A stretch of 64,000 nucleotides of DNA from an uncultured Actinomycetes bacterium (GTDB taxonomy: Bacteria > Actinomycetota > UBA4738 > HRBIN12). A program made the translations under genes and the position numbers. The stretch is taken from NCBI GenBank assembly GCA_963697875.1, contig OY969099.1, positions 986,736-1,050,735 on the forward strand. Direction: 5' to 3'. Shown here in pieces: positions 40,390 to 49,528 of the stretch (positions are counted from its first letter, which is position 1; each line of letters opens with the position of its first letter). Under the pieces are notes generated by a model. That model did no database searches. It was not told the DNA's origin and saw only the letters and a list, made by a program, of their open reading frames with translations.

Positions 40390-40998
40390 ATGTTTCACGT
40401 GAAACATGAGCCTTGGAGTCGCGCCGGGCTGGACGTGGACGCGCGGCAGGGCGCTCAACTCGATCGGTACGAAGCGATGCTCCGCGAGCGTGCCCTGCCG
40501 CTTGGGATGATCGCGAGGTCGGACGTCCACCGCCTCTCCGACCGTCACGTCCTCGATTCCCTGCGGGGGGCGCCCCTGGTCCCCTCCCCCGCTGGATCGG
40601 TCGTCGATCTCGGATCGGGTGCCGGTTTGCCGGGGATCCCCATCGCGATCGCGCGGCCGGATGCCTCCGTTGTCCTCGTCGAGGCGCGTCGGAACCGTGC
40701 CGCCTTCCTGGAGCTCGCGGTGCAGGAGGTCGCCCTCCCCAACGTACGGGTCGTCGGGAGCCGGGTCGAGGACCTCCCGGAGGCGAGCGCCGACGTGTGT
40801 CTGGCGAGGGCGTTCGCTCCCCTCCCCGTGACCTGGTCGGCGGCCCGCCGACTCGTGCGACCCGCCGGGCTCCTGCTGTATTGGGCCGGGCGGACGTTCG
40901 ATCTGCGAACGGATGCGCTGCCGGATGCCGTCATGACGCTTTCCGTGACATTCCCGCTTGCGGATGCCGGTCCCATCGTTATCATGACTCCGCAGTGA
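40390..40998 (+). CDS. rsmG: 16S rRNA (guanine527-N7)-methyltransferase RsmG (GidB)
   Basis: SAM-MTase motif VVDLGSGAGLPGIPIAI. Conserved position before parAB. The start may instead be the GTG at 40399, which has a better-spaced GGGAGA RBS. Confidence 0.85.
   Translation: MFHVKHEPWSRAGLDVDARQGAQLDRYEAMLRERALPLGMIARSDVHRLSDRHVLDSLRGAPLVPSPAGSVVDLGSGAGLPGIPIAIARPDASVVLVEARRNRAAFLELAVQEVALPNVRVVGSRVEDLPEASADVCLARAFAPLPVTWSAARRLVRPAGLLLYWAGRTFDLRTDALPDAVMTLSVTFPLADAGPIVIMTPQ
40391..40406. promoter_or_regulatory. parS: parS centromere site (perfect 16-bp palindrome TGTTTCACGTGAAACA) overlapping the rsmG start codon
   Basis: Exact match to the ParB-binding parS consensus of Firmicutes/Actinobacteria, embedded in the 18-bp perfect palindrome ATGTTTCACGTGAAACAT (40390-40407). 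Confidence 0.8.
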
Positions 40999-42506
40999 GC
41001 AAGCCTTCTTCCGGCGCTTCTTCGGCGTCCGCACGCTCCGCCGTCTCCGGCGGCGCGTCTGCGGCAACCGTCCCTCCTCCCGAACGAGCGACAAGGAAGG
41101 CGCGCGTTCCGACGCCGCCCGATACCCCAGGGGTAGCGCGGATCGTCGCGATCGCCAATCAGAAGGGCGGCGTCGGCAAGTCCACGACCGCTGTGAGCTT
41201 GGGGGCGGCGTTAGCCGAGCTCGGCTACCGGATCCTCGTCGTCGACATGGATCCGCAGGGGAACGCGTCGACCGGGTTGGGGGTCCGGCACGATGCGCGC
41301 GAGGCGTCCGTCTACGACGTGATCGTCGCCGAGGCCCCGTTGCTGGAGGCGATCGTCCGGACGCCTATCGAGGGGCTGCACGCGATCCCCTCGACGATCG
41401 ACCTGGCGGGGGCGGAGATCGAGCTCGTCAGCCAGTTCTCGCGCGAGACGCGTCTGAAGAAGGCGCTCGAGCCGGTGCGCGAGGGCTCATACGACTTCGT
41501 TCTCCTCGACTGTCCGCCCTCGCTCGGCCTGCTCACCGTCAACGCGCTCACCGCGGCGGAGGAGCTCATCGTGCCGATCCAGTGCGAGTACTACGCGCTC
41601 GAGGGTCTCGGGCAGCTCCTTCGCAATGTGAACCTCGTGCAACAGAACATCAATCCGGGTCTGCGGCTGACGGGCATCGTGATGACGATGTACGACCCGC
41701 GAACCAAGCTCTCCGAACAGGTGGTCGAGGAGGTGCAGCGGTTCTTCGGCGACCTCGTGTACGACGTCATCATCCCGCGCACCGTGCGCCTGTCCGAGGC
41801 TCCCGGCTACGGACAGCCGATCACCGTCTACGACCCACGATCCAAGGGCGCGGAGACCTATCGGGAGCTGGCGCGGGAGGTGGCGCTGCGGCCACCTCCC
41901 GACAGCCCGATGCCGTCGTTCGAGAACCTGCCCACCGTCGTGATGCCGGCGGTGATGGAGGACGCCGTCACACGGGAAGCGCCGACCGACGATGCCGTCG
42001 ACGACGTGCCCACGGTGCACTCTCTCGTCGAGGAGGCGGCCCCGGCACCCGAAGCCAGGTCGGTGCAGGATGCGACCCGCGAGGTCGAGAGCGCGCACAC
42101 CGAACCGGGCCACGCCGAAGACGCCGACGACCCCCCGCCCTCCGCTCCCGCGCGCGAGGGACGTCACGCGGCTCCCGCATCCGCTGTCGAGGAGGTCGCG
42201 GATACGCCCGAGGGGCGTCACGTGGCGCCGTCACCAGCCGACGAGGAGCTGTGGGATGAGCCCGACGTGGAGCCGCGGGTGCGACCCGCACGGTCGACCT
42301 CCCCGCCGGGCCAGCCTCCCGAGCGGCGCGTGGTGGTCATCGACGAGGACGCCGACATCGACATCAGGGCCGCACAGGAGCCGCTCGTGCAGCATGGAGG
42401 CCCGGCGGGCCCCGTTGACGAAGCGGAGATCGGTGCCACGCTGCGGGACGCGAATCAACGGCGAAAGCGCCGGTGGAGGCTGTTCCGCAAGGGAGGGGAC
42501 GAGTGA
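40995..42506 (+). CDS. parA: Chromosome partitioning ATPase ParA (Soj) with an unusual about 190-aa acidic low-complexity C-terminal extension
   Basis: Deviant Walker A KGGVGKST, plus DMDPQGNAS and VLLDCPPSLG motifs. GTG overlaps the rsmG stop (GTGA). The stop overlaps the parB ATG (TGATG). About 200 stop-free in-frame codons lie beyond the ATPase core. Confidence 0.85.
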   Translation: MSKPSSGASSASARSAVSGGASAATVPPPERATRKARVPTPPDTPGVARIVAIANQKGGVGKSTTAVSLGAALAELGYRILVVDMDPQGNASTGLGVRHDAREASVYDVIVAEAPLLEAIVRTPIEGLHAIPSTIDLAGAEIELVSQFSRETRLKKALEPVREGSYDFVLLDCPPSLGLLTVNALTAAEELIVPIQCEYYALEGLGQLLRNVNLVQQNINPGLRLTGIVMTMYDPRTKLSEQVVEEVQRFFGDLVYDVIIPRTVRLSEAPGYGQPITVYDPRSKGAETYRELAREVALRPPPDSPMPSFENLPTVVMPAVMEDAVTREAPTDDAVDDVPTVHSLVEEAAPAPEARSVQDATREVESAHTEPGHAEDADDPPPSAPAREGRHAAPASAVEEVADTPEGRHVAPSPADEELWDEPDVEPRVRPARSTSPPGQPPERRVVVIDEDADIDIRAAQEPLVQHGGPAGPVDEAEIGATLRDANQRRKRRWRLFRKGGDE

Positions 42507-43402
42507 TGGCGAAGCGGGGTGGGCTGGGTCGAGGCCTGTCGGCGCTGATCCCGGGTGCTCCGGAGGCGGGCGAGGCTACCTCGGGTCTGCTCGACGTGCC
42601 CATCAACGCGGTCGGTCCGAACCCGAAGCAACCCCGCACCAGGTTCGACGATGAGACGATCGAGTCCCTCGCAGCCTCGATCCGAGAGGTCGGGATCTTG
42701 CAGCCGATCGTCGTGCGCCGAGCGGGCGACGGGCGCTACGAGCTGATCGCGGGCGAGCGGCGACTCCGCGCCGCGAAGGTGGCCGGCCTGGCCACGGTCC
42801 CGGTCGTGTTGCGTGACTCCGAGGACGCCGACGTCCTGCGCGAAGCGCTGATCGAGAACATCCATCGCGAGGACCTCAACCCGATCGAGCAGGCCGAGGC
42901 GTTCCGGCAGCTCCTTGAGGAGCTCGGTCTCAAGCAGGAGGAGCTCGCCGACCGCGTCGGTGTGTCGCGGTCACACATCGCGAACACGATCAGGCTCCTC
43001 GGGCTTCCTCTCGAGGTACAGCAGCTGCTGGCGGACGATCGGATCACCGCGGGTCACGCGCGACCGCTGCTGACGCTGGGGGACGCGGACGCGATGCGAG
43101 CCCTCGCGTTGCGGATCGCCGCCGAGGATCTGTCCGTCCGCCAGACCGAGGAGGTCGTGCGCCGTTTCGTCGAGGCGCCGAAGGAGACGGCCGCCGAGAA
43201 GCTGGCGAAGCCCCCGGCGGATTCGGGGGACGTCGGATTGGCGGAGGTTGAGGAGATCCTGTCCGAGCAGCTCGCTACGCGGGTGTCGATCCAGATGGGG
43301 GCGAAGCGGGGAAAGGTAGTCATCGAGTTCGGCTCGGCCGACGACCTCGAACGGATCGTGTCGGAGATCGTGGGGTCCGGCCCCGGTCTCGCTCCGGACT
43401 AG
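42506..43402 (+). CDS. parB: Chromosome partitioning protein ParB (Spo0J)
   Basis: GLGRGLSALIP N-terminal box, ParB box II GERRLRAA, and HTH region. [11 protein letters not shown]. Confidence 0.9.
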   Translation: MAKRGGLGRGLSALIPGAPEAGEATSGLLDVPINAVGPNPKQPRTRFDDETIESLAASIREVGILQPIVVRRAGDGRYELIAGERRLRAAKVAGLATVPVVLRDSEDADVLREALIENIHREDLNPIEQAEAFRQLLEELGLKQEELADRVGVSRSHIANTIRLLGLPLEVQQLLADDRITAGHARPLLTLGDADAMRALALRIAAEDLSVRQTEEVVRRFVEAPKETAAEKLAKPPADSGDVGLAEVEEILSEQLATRVSIQMGAKRGKVVIEFGSADDLERIVSEIVGSGPGLAPD

Positions 43403-44340
43403 CCGGCCAGGGGGTGGCTGGCGCTTTGTAGGATAGCATCACACAAGCCGTCGAGCGACATGCCGGCGGAGGCCGCGGCCATCGGGACGAGGGAGGTCTC
43501 GGTCATCCCGGGGGAGACGTTCACCTCGAGCACCCAGGGATGGCCCTCGTGGTCCACGATCGTGTCCACGCGCGTCACGTCGCGAAGATGCAGCGCCTCG
43601 GCTGCGCGCACCGACGTCGATCCCACGTCCGTCGCGACCTCGCCGGCGAGCCGCGCCGGCGTGAAGTAGTCGGTCGCCCCCGCCGTGTACCGGGAGGCGT
43701 AGTCGTAGACGCCGGACTTCGGGACGATCTCCACGAGGGGGAGTGGCTCGAGGGGACTGCCGACGAGCGCCGCCGCCACCTCCGAACCCTCGACCTTTGC
43801 CTCGATCACGGCCGCACCGCTGAAAGAGAGCGCGCCCATGACGGCGGCCGGGAGGTCCTGTTCCCGGTCGACGAACCCGACGCCCAGCGCTGAGCCGCTC
43901 CGCGACGGCTTGACCACGCAGGGCAGGCCGATCCGATCGACCGCGGTGTGGAGGGCGGCGCCGGCGCCGAGGTCGCGAAGCGCCCATCCCTCGATCGCCA
44001 CCCAGGGAGGCGTCGACACCCCTGCGCGCGCCAGGGCATCCTTTGCGAGCAGCTTGTCGAAGGCCACCTCGCAGTCGAACGCCCTCGTGCCGGTGTAGGG
44101 GATCTGAAGCAGGTCGAGCAGCCGCTGGATCGTGCCGTCCTCGCCTTCCTTGCCGTGCAGGGAGAGCCAGCACAGATCGGGAGCTCGCTCCTGGAGCGCC
44201 TCCGTCAGCGACGTCTCGCCCGGGTCCACGAGCCAGGCGTTGTGGCCGAGCTCGGCGAGTGATGACGTCATACGCCGCCCGCTGCGGAGAGAGACCTCAC
44301 GCTCGGGCGTCCGCCCGCCGGCCAGGACGGCGACGTTCAT
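43399..44340 (-). CDS. ddl: D-alanine--D-alanine ligase
   Basis: ATP-grasp pattern: MNVAVLAGGRTPEREVSLRSG...VKPSRSGSALGVGFV...EVNVSPGMTETS. Confidence 0.85.
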   Translation of the reverse strand: MNVAVLAGGRTPEREVSLRSGRRMTSSLAELGHNAWLVDPGETSLTEALQERAPDLCWLSLHGKEGEDGTIQRLLDLLQIPYTGTRAFDCEVAFDKLLAKDALARAGVSTPPWVAIEGWALRDLGAGAALHTAVDRIGLPCVVKPSRSGSALGVGFVDREQDLPAAVMGALSFSGAAVIEAKVEGSEVAAALVGSPLEPLPLVEIVPKSGVYDYASRYTAGATDYFTPARLAGEVATDVGSTSVRAAEALHLRDVTRVDTIVDHEGHPWVLEVNVSPGMTETSLVPMAAASAGMSLDGLCDAILQSASHPLAG

Positions 44341-45569
44341 GAAGGGTGCAGGCTCCGGTAGAGCTGCTGCTCGTCGGCAAGGAGCGAGCCCAGTCGGGCC
44401 ACACCCTCGCGGATGCGGTCCTCGGTGGGGTAGCAGAAGGCGAGGCGCATGCGGTCGGCGCCCCGCCCGTCCGGGTAGAACGCGGTCCCCGGGACGTACG
44501 CCACTCGCCGCTCGACAGCGGCCGCCAGCATCGCTCGCGTGTCGAACCACGACGGCAGCCTCACCCACACGAAGAACCCGCCGGACGGGACGGTCCACAG
44601 CGCGCCGTCAGGGAAGCTCTCCTCGATCGACTCGAGCATCGCGTCGCGCCGCGCGCGATACGTCTGAACGAGGCTCGCCAGGCTCGTGCGCCAGCGAGCG
44701 TCGTCGGCGAACCACCGCTCGGTGACGAGCATGTTGAGGTTCGAGCCGCAGAGATCCGCGGCCTCTTTCGCCAGGACGAGGCGTTGCACCACCGATTGCT
44801 CCGCCAGCGCCCAGCCGACGCGCATGCCGGGAGAGAACGTCTTCGACACCGTGCCGAGGTAGATCACGTTGTGCGGGTCCAAGGACTTGAGACTCGGTAG
44901 AGGCGCTCCCTCGAACCGGAGGAGCCCGTACGGGTTGTCCTCGACGATCGGGATGCCCGCCTCGCGGCAGAGCGCAACCAGCCGTTCTCGCCGCTGGAGG
45001 GTCATCGTCACCCCGGCGGGGTTCGCGAAGTTCGGGACCGTGTAGACGAACTTCGGTCGTTCTCCGTGGACGAGCGCATCCTCGAGGTCGTCGACCATCA
45101 TGCCGTCCTCGTCGAGATCGATCGTCAGGTACCGAGGCTCGTACGCGCTGAACGCGGTCAACGCGCCGACGTAGGCGGGAGCCTCGACGGCGATCAGGTC
45201 GCCGGGATCGATGAAGATCTTGCCGATCAGGTCGAGAGCCTGCTGGGCGCCCGTCGTCACGACGACGTCGTCGGGATCGGCCCTCAAGCCTTCCTCGGCC
45301 ATGAGCATCGCCAGCCGCTCGCGCAGAGCGAGCTGTCCCTGGCCCCCGCCGTACTGCAGGGCCGTCGTCCCCGACCGCTCGACCACCTCGCGCAGCACCG
45401 CCTGGACCCGATCGGTGGGAAGCGCCTCGACGTAGGGCATCCCTCCCGCGAGGGAGACGACCTCGGGGCGGGATGCCACCGCGAAGAGCGCGCGGACCTC
45501 GGACGCGGACATCCCGGAGGTCCGGTGCGCATACAGCTCGACGAAGCGATCGATCGAGAACTCGGCCAT
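44337..45569 (-). CDS. PLP-dependent aminotransferase (class I/II fold; MocR/2-aminoadipate-transaminase-like catalytic domain)
   Basis: GTVSKTFSPGMRVGW contains the PLP-lysine region (SK). Its stop overlaps the ddl start (ATGA). Confidence 0.8.
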   Translation of the reverse strand: MAEFSIDRFVELYAHRTSGMSASEVRALFAVASRPEVVSLAGGMPYVEALPTDRVQAVLREVVERSGTTALQYGGGQGQLALRERLAMLMAEEGLRADPDDVVVTTGAQQALDLIGKIFIDPGDLIAVEAPAYVGALTAFSAYEPRYLTIDLDEDGMMVDDLEDALVHGERPKFVYTVPNFANPAGVTMTLQRRERLVALCREAGIPIVEDNPYGLLRFEGAPLPSLKSLDPHNVIYLGTVSKTFSPGMRVGWALAEQSVVQRLVLAKEAADLCGSNLNMLVTERWFADDARWRTSLASLVQTYRARRDAMLESIEESFPDGALWTVPSGGFFVWVRLPSWFDTRAMLAAAVERRVAYVPGTAFYPDGRGADRMRLAFCYPTEDRIREGVARLGSLLADEQQLYRSLHPS

Positions 45570-45633
45570 GGGGAGGGGCGCCAGCGTAGCAGCGGTCCCG
45601 GCCCGGCCGAGTAGCGTCCGAGTCCGCGTGACC

Positions 45634-45921
45634 TCAGGCGGCGGGGGGCGGCGGTGGTGGGGGCGGCGGGGGGACCGTCCTGCCGCCCGGCCGCGTGGCC
45701 GAACGGGCGTCGCGAGGAGGCCGCCCGATCGCGAGGTAGAGGATCGCCCCGATCGCGCTGGCGAAGACGATGACGAGGACCCAGATCAGCTTGTTCCCGC
45801 TCTGGTAGAGCGAGTCGTCCGGCACCTGGATGCAGTCGACCAGCGCCCAGATCCACAGGACGAACGCGCCGAGCCAGAACACGCCGAAGAACAGGAAGAA
45901 CGGCGCGAACAGCCAGTGCAT
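45634..45921 (-). CDS. PLD-nuclease N-terminal-domain (PLDc_N) small membrane protein with a C-terminal poly-Pro tail
   Basis: Two TM helices (FFLFFGVFWLGAFVLWIWALVDC...LIWVLVIVFASAIGAILYLAIG) and a C-terminal run of 10 Pro (PPPPPPPPPPAA). Confidence 0.6.
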   Translation of the reverse strand: MHWLFAPFFLFFGVFWLGAFVLWIWALVDCIQVPDDSLYQSGNKLIWVLVIVFASAIGAILYLAIGRPPRDARSATRPGGRTVPPPPPPPPPPAA

Positions 45922-45940
45922 CAGCGCCCCCGCGTACCGG

Positions 45941-46897
45941 TCACGGACGCACCCTCGGCAGCACCTCGCTGGCGACGAGATCGAGCATCTCGACGTCATC
46001 GTAGAGGTCCATGTTCAGGAAGATCCGCTGCACGCCGGCATCGGCGTAGGCGTCGAGCCGCTCGACGGCGTCATCGGGTGTTCCGACGATGCAGTCGGTC
46101 TCGACCCCGGTGCGGTACTCGTCGAAGGATCTCCCGCCGGGGTCGATCGCGTGAGCGCGTCGGAGCTCCGCGACGTACTCGTCGTGGGTCGGGGCCACGA
46201 AGAACCATGTCATCAGGGAGGTCACGAGCGCTTCGGGATCCCGTCCCTCCGAGTCCACGCCCGCGCGGGCCCGGCCGAAGCGCTCCCGGACCTCCTCGGG
46301 CGTGCCACCCACCGTGTTGAACTCGTCGGCGTATCGCCCGATGAGCCTGCGCATCGTGGCGCCCACCCTGGTTCCACCGAGGATGAGTGGCGGTCGCGGC
46401 CGCTGCACCGTCTTTGGCAGGAACTCGCAGTCGCGCACCGTGTAGAAGCGGCCCTCGTACGTGAACCGCTCCTCGGTGAGGAGTCCGTGCACGATCTCGA
46501 CCTGCTCCTCGAGCCGCGCGAACCGGTCGATCGTGTCGGGGAACGGGAACCCGTGCTGCGTGTGCTCCTCGGCCCACCACCCGGCGCCCATCCCGAGCTC
46601 GGCGCGTCCGCCACTGATCTCGTCGACCGTTGCGACCGCCTTCGCCAGCAGGGCGGGTTCCCGGAAGGTGATGGGTGAGACGAGCGTGCCGAGGCGCAGC
46701 GTCCGCGTGCGGGCGGCCAGCCCGGCCAGCAAGGTCCATGCGTCCGTCGACCCTCGTCCCGAGACCCCCCGCGCGCTGAAGTAATGGTCCGATCGGAACA
46801 GCCCCTCGAGCGGAAGTCGTTCGCACGCGTCGGCCAGCGACTGCCAGTCGGTCCACGTGACGCCCTGCTGGCCCTCGATCATCAAGCAGGCTCGCAC
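45941..46897 (-). CDS. LLM-class (luciferase-like) flavin/F420-dependent oxidoreductase
   Basis: TIM-barrel LLM pattern (LRLGTLVSPITFREPALLAKAVATVDEISGGRAELGMGAGW). The start may be the internal M at 46882. Confidence 0.75.
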   Translation of the reverse strand: MRACLMIEGQQGVTWTDWQSLADACERLPLEGLFRSDHYFSARGVSGRGSTDAWTLLAGLAARTRTLRLGTLVSPITFREPALLAKAVATVDEISGGRAELGMGAGWWAEEHTQHGFPFPDTIDRFARLEEQVEIVHGLLTEERFTYEGRFYTVRDCEFLPKTVQRPRPPLILGGTRVGATMRRLIGRYADEFNTVGGTPEEVRERFGRARAGVDSEGRDPEALVTSLMTWFFVAPTHDEYVAELRRAHAIDPGGRSFDEYRTGVETDCIVGTPDDAVERLDAYADAGVQRIFLNMDLYDDVEMLDLVASEVLPRVRP

Positions 46898-47035
46898 GCG
46901 CGTAGCCTATACACGCCGTGTCCGCACACGAGATCCTCGAGCCTTCAGAACGAGCCCGCGCCGTGCACGCGATCGTCGTGGGTGCGCTGCTCGGGCTGTT
47001 CCTCGTCGCCGCCGCGCGGCGGCGCTAGCCCGATC

Positions 47036-48067
47036 TCAGCAGCGGAAGAACCGTCGGACGCCGGCGGCGACCGCCCGGCCGACGCGCTGGGGGAAGGCGG
47101 GATCGGCGATGAGCTCGGCTTCGTCCTCGTTGGTGACGAACAGCGGCTCGATCTGGACGGCCGGCATCCGCGTCTCCCTGAGCATCGAGATCGTGAGCCG
47201 CTGCAGCCTGCCGCGCCGGTCGAACTCTCGCTCGAGCTCTTCGAGGATCAGCTCGGCGAGGTGGCGTCCACCGGGCGAGTGGGTCGTGGACGAGCCGAAG
47301 TAGGAGCACGTCGGACCGCTGCCCTCCGGCAGGCCTGCGCCGAGGTGCACGGACAGACAGAGCGACGCGCCGAGGTCGTTGGCTGCCCGGGCTCGATCCG
47401 GCTCGGTCGGGTTCTCGCCCGCGTCGCGGAGCATCGCGGGCTTCGCGCCGAGGTCCGTCAACTCCTCGGCCAGCGCGTGCGCCATGGCCAGGTGAACGTC
47501 GGGCCGTCGGTCTTGGGCGGAGTGGCCGGGGTCGATCGCGACGATCTGTCCCTCGATCGATGCGCGCATCTGACGCAGCTCTTCCGCCTCGCGCACCAAC
47601 GCGCGGCTGGGGGCGTTCTCGATCGGGCGCATCCGTTCGAGGGTCGCGAGGGTGTGCAGGCCCACGACCCCGTCGCCGCGGTCGCCGACGTTGCGCTGGA
47701 ACTCGCGGATGGCGCGATCGGTGCGAGGGCCGTGGACACCGTCCTCGCGCCCCGCATCGAACCCGAGGGCATTCAGCTTTCGCTGCAGCGTCCGAACGTC
47801 ATCGCCGCGGAAGTACGGCGCGTGCAAGTAGAGCGTGCGGTCGCCCAGATGGAACCCGGCCTCGACGAGCTGCTCCCAGGTGTCGCCGCCGACCCGTCCG
47901 TCGACCCGAAGGCTGCGCAGCTCCTGGAAAGCGCGCACCGCTTCCTGCGTGGACGGCCCGAACCGGCCGGTCAGCTCGGCGACCTCGATGGCCCAGCCGA
48001 GGGCCATAAGCCGCTGCTGGATGTCGAGGACTTCGGCGCCCTCGTCGCCGAGACGGAAGATCTGCAC
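47036..48067 (-). CDS. cwlM: N-acetylmuramoyl-L-alanine amidase with two N-terminal peptidoglycan-binding domains (CwlM-like)
   Basis: Two PG_binding_1 repeats (GDEGAEVLDIQQRLMALGW...; GDDVRTLQRKLNALGF...) and an Amidase_3 C-terminal domain. The position next to trxA/trxB matches the mycobacterial arrangement. Confidence 0.8.
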   Translation of the reverse strand: MQIFRLGDEGAEVLDIQQRLMALGWAIEVAELTGRFGPSTQEAVRAFQELRSLRVDGRVGGDTWEQLVEAGFHLGDRTLYLHAPYFRGDDVRTLQRKLNALGFDAGREDGVHGPRTDRAIREFQRNVGDRGDGVVGLHTLATLERMRPIENAPSRALVREAEELRQMRASIEGQIVAIDPGHSAQDRRPDVHLAMAHALAEELTDLGAKPAMLRDAGENPTEPDRARAANDLGASLCLSVHLGAGLPEGSGPTCSYFGSSTTHSPGGRHLAELILEELEREFDRRGRLQRLTISMLRETRMPAVQIEPLFVTNEDEAELIADPAFPQRVGRAVAAGVRRFFRC

Positions 48068-48119
48068 GTGTCGAGTCTGGCCCCGTGCGCGGGCACCGGC
48101 AACGACGCCGGCCTGCTCC

Positions 48120-48446
48120 TCAGGTCAGATGAGGCTCCAGGTCGCGCAGGATCGCATCCTTCGGCTTGGCGCCGATCACGCGTGCGACCTCCTCGCCGCC
48201 CTTGAACAGGATGAGGGAGGGGATCGACATCACCCCATACGTGCGGGTGGCCTGCGGGTTCTCGTCGATGTTGAGCTTCGCGACCTTGAGATCGTCACCC
48301 TTCTCCTGGCCGATCTCCTCCACGACCGGGGAGACCATGTGGCAGGGCACGCACCACTCCGCCCAGAAGTCCACCAGGACGGGCGTCTGCGAGCCGAGCA
48401 CCGAGCTCTCGAACTCCTGATCGTTCACGCTGCCGATGTTCGCCAT
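48120..48446 (-). CDS. trxA: Thioredoxin
   Basis: WAEWCVPCHM active site. GAGGAG RBS before ATG 48446. Confidence 0.9.
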   Translation of the reverse strand: MANIGSVNDQEFESSVLGSQTPVLVDFWAEWCVPCHMVSPVVEEIGQEKGDDLKVAKLNIDENPQATRTYGVMSIPSLILFKGGEEVARVIGAKPKDAILRDLEPHLT

Positions 48447-48539
48447 GTCTTCTCCTCGCACCTCGATGGCTGGCCGCGGGAACCCCGCGGACACCCACTA
48501 CCCAGAACGCCCGACCGAGGAGCCGGCATTCCCTGTTGC

Positions 48540-49478
48540 TCAAGCGCCCTCGTGTGACTCCGCCTCGAGGAACCGCTCCGCGTCGATCGCGGCCTTGCAC
48601 CCTTGACCCGCGGCGGTGACCGCCTGACGGTACGTGTGGTCGGTGACGTCGCCCGCGGCGAAGACACCCGGCACGCTCGTGGTCGTGCGAGGCTCGTTCA
48701 CGAGGACATAGCCCGCGTCGTCCAGATCGAGCCGGTCTCGGAACAGGGCGGTGTTCGGATCGTGGCCGATCGCCATGAACACGCCGTCGGTGGCCATCGT
48801 GCTCGTCTCGCCGGTGCGCACGTTGCGCAGGCGGACGCCGGTGACCGCATCGTCGCCGAGGATCTCCTCGACCACCGTGTCCCACACAACGCGGATCTTG
48901 GGGTTCGCCATCGCCCGATCGGCCATCACCTTCGACGCGCGGAACTCGTTGCGCCGGTGCACGATCGTCACGGCGCTCGCGAACTTCGTGAGGAACGTTG
49001 CCTCCTCCATGGCCGTGTCTCCGCCACCGACCACGACGAGCTCGCGGTCGCGGAAGAAGAAGCCGTCACACGTGGCGCACGCGCTGACCCCGCGGCCGCG
49101 GAGCTTGCCCTCCCCCGGGGCCCCGAGCCACCGGGCCGAGGCGCCCGTGGCGACGACGATGGTCCTCGCGCGCCACTCCTGGTCTCCGGCCTTGACCACG
49201 AACGGTCGGCGGGACAGATCGACCTCGGTCACGTGCACCGGAAGGATCTCCGCGCCGAACCGCGCGGCCTGCTTCTCCATCTGATCCATCAGCTCGGGCC
49301 CCAGGAGCCCGTCGGCGAACCCCGGGTAGTTCTCGACGTCGGTCGTGAGCATCAGCTGGCCACCGGCGTCCAGACCCTTGAGCACCAGGGGCTCGAGGTT
49401 CGCTCGTGCCCCGTAGAGCGCAGCGGTGAACCCGGCCGGTCCCGACCCGATCACGATCACGTTGCGCACGTCTCGCAT
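48540..49478 (-). CDS. trxB: Thioredoxin-disulfide reductase
   Basis: FAD motif [10 protein letters not shown], redox-active CATC, NADPH motif [18 protein letters not shown] before ATG 49478. Confidence 0.9.
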   Translation of the reverse strand: MRDVRNVIVIGSGPAGFTAALYGARANLEPLVLKGLDAGGQLMLTTDVENYPGFADGLLGPELMDQMEKQAARFGAEILPVHVTEVDLSRRPFVVKAGDQEWRARTIVVATGASARWLGAPGEGKLRGRGVSACATCDGFFFRDRELVVVGGGDTAMEEATFLTKFASAVTIVHRRNEFRASKVMADRAMANPKIRVVWDTVVEEILGDDAVTGVRLRNVRTGETSTMATDGVFMAIGHDPNTALFRDRLDLDDAGYVLVNEPRTTTSVPGVFAAGDVTDHTYRQAVTAAGQGCKAAIDAERFLEAESHEGA

Positions 49479-49528
49479 CGGAATGAATCCTCCCATAGCC
49501 AGGAACGCCCGCCTATTCCCCCGAACGC

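Noticed and set aside
40312-41094. Minus-strand ORF ending in ...MFHVKH...
   Set aside because: The MFHVKH reading on the minus strand is a mirror artefact of the parS palindrome. The ORF is antisense to rsmG.
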